A stretch of 64,000 nt of DNA from Candidatus Nanoarchaeia archaeon. Its GTDB lineage: Archaea; Nanobdellota; Nanobdellia; SCGC-AAA011-G17; GW2011-AR18. A program made the position numbers and the translations under genes. Where the stretch lies: contig DATDWR010000017.1 in assembly GCA_035289605.1 (NCBI GenBank), positions 29,981 through 93,980 on the forward strand. Direction: 5' to 3'. Positions 63,709 through 64,000 of this stretch are shown here, piece after piece. Every line of letters starts with the position of its first letter. Position 1 is the first letter of the stretch. Under the pieces are notes generated by a model. The model made no database searches. It worked only from the letters and a program-made list of their open reading frames with translations, and was not told where the DNA came from.

Positions 63709-64000
63709 TTATTTCTCTCGTGAATAAGATAAAAAAGAATAAGGAATTCCATCCTCACTTGTACCATCCTTTCTATTAGTTAAAATCCATTCATTCCAAT
63801 CTACATAAGGAAAAAAAGCGTCTCCTGAAAAATTCTGATGAACCCTTGTAATCTCCATTCTGTCTGAATGAGGTAAAAATAATTCATAAATTTTTCTTCC
63901 ACCAATAACATAAGCATTTTGCTCTGCTAAATCTAATGCTTCTTCAATATTCCTTGCAACATAAATTCCTTCGCTCTGTGGCATACTAAGTGAAAGAACA
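63709..64000 (-). CDS. folA: Dihydrofolate reductase (C-terminal part; the gene runs off the window)
   Basis: The frame stays open to the window end ('..VLSLSMPQ..'). 'YVIGGRKIYELFLP', 'DRMEITRV' and 'GDAFFP' are DHFR-like. Confidence 0.7.
   Translation of the reverse strand, partial: VLSLSMPQSEGIYVARNIEEALDLAEQNAYVIGGRKIYELFLPHSDRMEITRVHQNFSGDAFFPYVDWNEWILTNRKDGTSEDGIPYSFLSYSREK

Noticed and set aside
1-64000. Search for CRISPR arrays, tRNAs, and 16S/23S rRNA
   Set aside because: I saw no regularly spaced direct repeats, no cloverleaf-capable GC-rich segments in the spacers, and no large non-coding blocks. Only the 5S gene was found. A manual scan can miss short or split tRNAs.

Overview
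AT-rich (about one-third GC by eye), very gene-dense window. It reads as a fragment of a small-genome archaeon; DPANN-like is an inference. Archaeal markers: ribosomal protein uS7, RNase P protein Rpp21, an archaeal-type 5S rRNA, and TTTATAAA-type TATA boxes about 25-35 nt upstream of many start codons. Bacterial-type modules are mixed in: grpE-dnaK-dnaJ, nrdR-nrdJ with canonical NrdR boxes, and LemA/HtpX.

Layout:
(i) 1-9.4 kb: deacetylase, hexapeptide acyltransferase, Nudix, a radical-SAM/SPASM enzyme with a 679-aa polytopic membrane protein, and a 750-aa secreted Cys-rich protein.
(ii) 9.5-34.7 kb: a ~25 kb surface-glycan island. It holds an AglH-like GlcNAc-1-P transferase, 3 GT2, 5 GT4, 2 GT-C-like membrane proteins, 2 Wzx-type flippases, 5 SAM methyltransferase domains and 2 alkaline-phosphatase-superfamily enzymes, with a SET-domain protein embedded.
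(iii) 34.9 kb: an orphan rps7.
(iv) 35.6-39.2 kb: a five-gene locus of exported, sequon-rich paralogous proteins. This is the best candidate for an undescribed system, possibly a donor-strand or chaperone-like surface filament.
(v) 39.3-46.2 kb: accessory genes, namely an SprT-like protease, wHTH regulators, Rpp21, a 5S rRNA with an internal insertion, an FNR-like reductase, rhodanese, and two back-to-back VapBC modules.
(vi) 46.4-51.9 kb: grpE, micro-ORFs, dnaK and dnaJ, followed by a sigma54-activator-like AAA+ ATPase translationally coupled to a Bud32/RIO-like kinase.
(vii) 52-59 kb: LemA/HtpX, a decayed IS-like scar, a third VapBC, a degenerate ThiI and a C45 peptidase.
(viii) 59.3-64 kb: thioredoxin, class II RNR nrdJ, nrdR and a partial DHFR.

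I recognised no CRISPR array, tRNA or intact transposase. All family calls are motif-level readings of the supplied translations. No database search was run.
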